This document shows, piece by piece, positions 58,589 through 64,000 of a stretch of DNA of 64,000 nucleotides. Every line of letters begins with the position of its first letter. Position 1 is the stretch's first letter. The position numbers and the translations under genes are program-made. A model generated the notes under the pieces. It searched no databases and was not told where the DNA came from. It saw only the letters and a program-made list of their open reading frames with translations. The stretch lies in assembly GCA_902583235.1 (NCBI GenBank), contig CACHVL010000002.1:44435-108434 (forward strand). The letters run 5' to 3'. The stretch is from an uncultured Alphaproteobacteria bacterium (lineage in GTDB: Bacteria; Pseudomonadota; Alphaproteobacteria; HIMB59).

Positions 58589-59489
58589 TAAAATGACTAC
58601 CTATTATTATACTAAAAAGAAGGCTGATACCGTAATAGTTATTGCGAGAGAAGTATGAGCTAGCATTTTCAGGCCTATTTTTCCATATGATGTTAAGATC
58701 TAATAAATTAATCAAAGAAATTGTAAGGACTAGAATATTAAATATAAATCCAAAATCCAAACTACTCCCATAAAAGATTATCAAAAAATACTTAGTGATA
58801 ATCATTAAGTTTAAAAAAATCATTTTTTTCGATCCAAATAACAAAGTGCTAGAATATAGATTTAAATTCTTATCCTCTTTTTCATCCTGCGTAGCATAAA
58901 TAGTATCGTAAGCTAAAGTCCAAAAAATTAATGATAAATATAAAATAAAAATAGATGAGAAAGGAATGTTTGAGCCCAGTGCTGCCCAGCCAATAAAACA
59001 CCCCCAGTTATATGTTAAAGCCAAAATAAATTGAGGTAAAATAAAAAATCTTTTCGCTAGAGGGTATAAGGCTATTAAAGGTGTGATAACTATACCTAAA
59101 ATAATTGCCTCATAATTTAACTGTATAAGAATTAAAAAACCTATTACTAAAAGAGCAAGTAAAAGAATTAAAGCATTCTTAATACTAATTTTTGATGAAG
59201 CTAAAGCTCTATTCTTTGTCCTGATTACTTTCTTATCTATATCTGTGTCAATTAAATCATTAACTATACATCCAGCAGATCTCATAATTATTGAACCAAG
59301 AAAAAATATAAGGAATAAAACTAAAACATTATTAGACATGATATTACCTGAGGATGCTAAAACAAAGCCAATCGGGTAAAAAAGAAGGAGAAAACCTATT
59401 GGCTTATCTAATCTAACTAAAGAAAGATAAGAGTGTGTGAATGGTGGTAATAATTTAAAAATTAAATTATTCTTATAATAGGTATTCAT
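58581..59489 (-). CDS. ubiA: 4-hydroxybenzoate polyprenyltransferase
   Basis: RLDKPIG, RSAGC.VND..D...D..V.RT..R, YP..KR, YDTIYA.QD. Confidence 0.93.
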   Translation of the reverse strand: MNTYYKNNLIFKLLPPFTHSYLSLVRLDKPIGFLLLFYPIGFVLASSGNIMSNNVLVLFLIFFLGSIIMRSAGCIVNDLIDTDIDKKVIRTKNRALASSKISIKNALILLLALLVIGFLILIQLNYEAIILGIVITPLIALYPLAKRFFILPQFILALTYNWGCFIGWAALGSNIPFSSIFILYLSLIFWTLAYDTIYATQDEKEDKNLNLYSSTLLFGSKKMIFLNLMIITKYFLIIFYGSSLDFGFIFNILVLTISLINLLDLNIIWKNRPENASSYFSRNNYYGISLLFSIIIGSHFNV

Positions 59490-60195
59490 GAAAAGAGTTT
59501 ATTGTACTTCAATTTTAAAACAGGGTAGCACTTATGAGCTAGAAAAAAAGTATTATATCCACCTTGTGAGAGTAATTAGGTTAAAAGTTGGCGATCATGT
59601 GTCTTTATTTAACAATAATTCTGGAGAATGGAAATCTGAAATAGTAGATATTAAAAATAATTTTTTAATCGCAAAAACTATTAGTCAAATTTCACCTCCT
59701 CAAGCAGAAAAATCAATAGACTTAATGTTTTCTCCAATTAAATATCAAAATAGTGAGTCAATTATTAGACAATCTACGGAGATGGGCATTAGATCTATTT
59801 TTCCAACAATTTTTAAAAGAACTATAAACACAAAAATAAATCTTAGTAAGTTTAATACTTATGCTATTGGTGCCGCTCAACAAAGTGAAAGATTATCTAT
59901 CCCTAATATTCATGATTTGAATGTTTTAAAAAATCAATCAAAAATCATTTCTAGTAAAACGATTTTAATGTTTGATGAAAACCTCAAAGGAATTCATTTA
60001 TCCAAAGCTAAAATAAAATCAAATAGTGAAATTTTAGTTGTGATTGGGCCAGAGGGAGGTTTTGAGGAGGAAGAGAGAGCATTTATTTCCAAATCATCCA
60101 AAAATTTCTTGAATGTGAGCTTAGGTTCGAACATTCTCAAAGCTGATACGGCAGTTATTGCCGCACTTAGTCTAACATTTCATTATTTTTCTTAA
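59488..60195 (+). CDS. rsmE: 16S rRNA m3U1498 methyltransferase
   Basis: HLVRVIRL, TEMG, AAQQSER, IGPEGGF, LG..IL.ADTA. Confidence 0.92.
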   Translation: MKRVYCTSILKQGSTYELEKKYYIHLVRVIRLKVGDHVSLFNNNSGEWKSEIVDIKNNFLIAKTISQISPPQAEKSIDLMFSPIKYQNSESIIRQSTEMGIRSIFPTIFKRTINTKINLSKFNTYAIGAAQQSERLSIPNIHDLNVLKNQSKIISSKTILMFDENLKGIHLSKAKIKSNSEILVVIGPEGGFEEEERAFISKSSKNFLNVSLGSNILKADTAVIAALSLTFHYFS

Positions 60196-60210
60196 TTATA
60201 GCGGGTTTAA

Positions 60211-60225
60211 GCGACATACTGTCAA
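60211..60225 (+). promoter_or_regulatory. Candidate RegA/PrrA(RegR)-type site upstream of the cox operon
   Basis: GCGACA-tac-TGTCaa, a GC-rich imperfect palindrome in AT-rich intergenic DNA. Confidence 0.35.
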
Positions 60226-60260
60226 TATACTGTATCAAAAAGATTACTAATATGTCCTAA

Positions 60261-62707
<2,447 letters not shown>

Positions 62708-62710
62708 TTT

Positions 62711-63637
62711 GTGTTAGAAAAAAAACATCAACAAACTTTTGTACAAACAGAGCAAAATCTGTTCTTTGCTCAAGTTGCAAACTTTTTAAAACAATTATAC
62801 GTTTTAATTAAACCTGGCGTAATTTCTTTAGTTATATTTACTGCCTTATGTGCGATGTTACTTGCCCCCTCAGATAAAAGTTTATTTATCAAAGGTGTAG
62901 CTCTGATTCTTATAGCTATGGGCGCATCGGGATCAGCTATTTTGAATATGTGGTTTGATAGAATTATTGACTCAAAAATGGATAGAACAAAGTTCAGACC
63001 TATTCCCTCAGGAAATATCTCAGCTAACACAGCTCTTGGAATTGGTCTAATTTTTTCTTTTTTTTCTGTAGTGGCATTGTTTTTCTTCACAAATATTAAG
63101 GCCTCAATTCTACTAGCTTTTACTATTCTTTATTACTCTGTCTTTTACACAATGTATCTGAAGCATCGAACAGCACAAAATATAGTAATTGGAGGTCTGG
63201 CAGGTGCTCTCCCTCCAGTGATTGCTTGGATAAGTATATCTGATGATCAGATTTTTTATCCTTTAATATTATGTTTAATTATATTTCTCTGGACACCGCC
63301 ACACTCGTGGGCACTAGCTATTTTTAGAAACCAAGATTACTCTGATGCTGAAATTCCTATGTACCCAGTCAAATACGGTATTAAGAAAACACTCGTGATG
63401 ATGAATATTTATACTTTTTTTATGGTTGCTTCAGTTAATTTTCTTTATTTTTTTAAATTCGCTGGAATGAGTTTTTTTATAGGATGTAATGCTCTCAACG
63501 CATATTTTATTTACAAGCTATTTAAATTAAATAAATCAAAAAATTTAAAGAAAGACTCAATTAAACTTTTTGGATATTCAATTGTTTATTTATTTCTTAT
63601 TTTTTCATTAACAGTAATTGATAAATATTTATTTTAA
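62711..63637 (+). CDS. ctaB: Protoheme IX farnesyltransferase (heme O synthase)
   Basis: N...D...D..M.RT..RP, YT..LK..T.QNIVIGG.AGA.PP, WTPPH. Confidence 0.95.
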   Translation: MLEKKHQQTFVQTEQNLFFAQVANFLKQLYVLIKPGVISLVIFTALCAMLLAPSDKSLFIKGVALILIAMGASGSAILNMWFDRIIDSKMDRTKFRPIPSGNISANTALGIGLIFSFFSVVALFFFTNIKASILLAFTILYYSVFYTMYLKHRTAQNIVIGGLAGALPPVIAWISISDDQIFYPLILCLIIFLWTPPHSWALAIFRNQDYSDAEIPMYPVKYGIKKTLVMMNIYTFFMVASVNFLYFFKFAGMSFFIGCNALNAYFIYKLFKLNKSKNLKKDSIKLFGYSIVYLFLIFSLTVIDKYLF

Positions 63638-63738
63638 TGAAGAGAAAAAATAAAAATTTATTGGTCCTAGCTTTACTCTTCATGCTTGTTACAGCATTTT
63701 ATTTTATTACAATATTTAGAATTAAATCTGGTATTTGA
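63637..63738 (+). CDS. 33-aa single-TM protein of the cox operon (CoxF-like)
   Basis: MKRKNKNLLVLALLFMLVTAFYFITIFRIKSGI*; coupled to ctaB and ctaG. Confidence 0.65.
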   Translation: MKRKNKNLLVLALLFMLVTAFYFITIFRIKSGI

Positions 63739-64000
63739 ACATATCAAATAAAAACAAAACATTATTTGTTTTAATATTGATACTTGGCTTTATGCTGAGT
63801 TTAGTAATTTTTTCTGTTCCATTATATAAGCTTTTTTGTGACATAACCGGTTTCCAAGGCTTTAATAAAGAAGTTCAAATTCAAGAACAAGACCAAAATA
63901 TGAATTCAGGACAACTTGATATAAAAGTCATATTCTCAGCTCAGGTGAATGATGGTTTGGACTGGGTGTTTGAGGCGCCACAAAAAATGAATATTACTGA
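63735..64000 (+). CDS. ctaG: Cytochrome c oxidase assembly protein CtaG/Cox11, 3'-truncated by window edge
   Basis: TTG start; VPLYKLFCDITGFQG motif; frame runs off the window. Confidence 0.88.
   Translation, partial: MNISNKNKTLFVLILILGFMLSLVIFSVPLYKLFCDITGFQGFNKEVQIQEQDQNMNSGQLDIKVIFSAQVNDGLDWVFEAPQKMNIT

Overview
AT-rich (roughly 30% GC by eye), very gene-dense chromosome segment from a streamlined marine alphaproteobacterium. The gene content and order suggest the HIMB59/AEGEAN-169 or a SAR11-like lineage; this is an inference, not a database result. It has three parts. (1) 1-13.6 kb: a sugar/polyol catabolism locus (xylA, HAD phosphatase, aldo-keto reductase, Gfo/Idh/MocA plus TIM-barrel pair, a CUT1 ABC transporter with two ATPases, dhaL-dhaK with no dhaM), followed by a NadN/UshA-type 5'-nucleotidase. 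(2) 13.7-22.0 kb: an accessory array of about 20 small genes around tRNA-Ala(GGC). It holds a second copy of the tRNA's 5' end about 2.7 kb upstream of the gene, a tandem duplication of a SnoaL-like gene, gene debris and several small secreted two-cysteine proteins, but no integrase. This looks like a tRNA-anchored island or integration hotspot and is the most interesting part of the window. (3) 22-64 kb: core genes, including ung, gloB, SAM-II-controlled metX-metW, hisC-tyrA, argH-lipoprotein-lysA, coq7, mntX/mntR with a perfect operator, tRNA-Leu, ribF-ileS-lspA, pgi, tadA, purD, xseA, lipid A genes, ubiA/rsmE and the cox operon. Many first-in-operon core genes look leaderless, with a -10 box 6-8 nt before the start codon. 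No CRISPR array, rRNA, transposase or prophage structural genes were seen.
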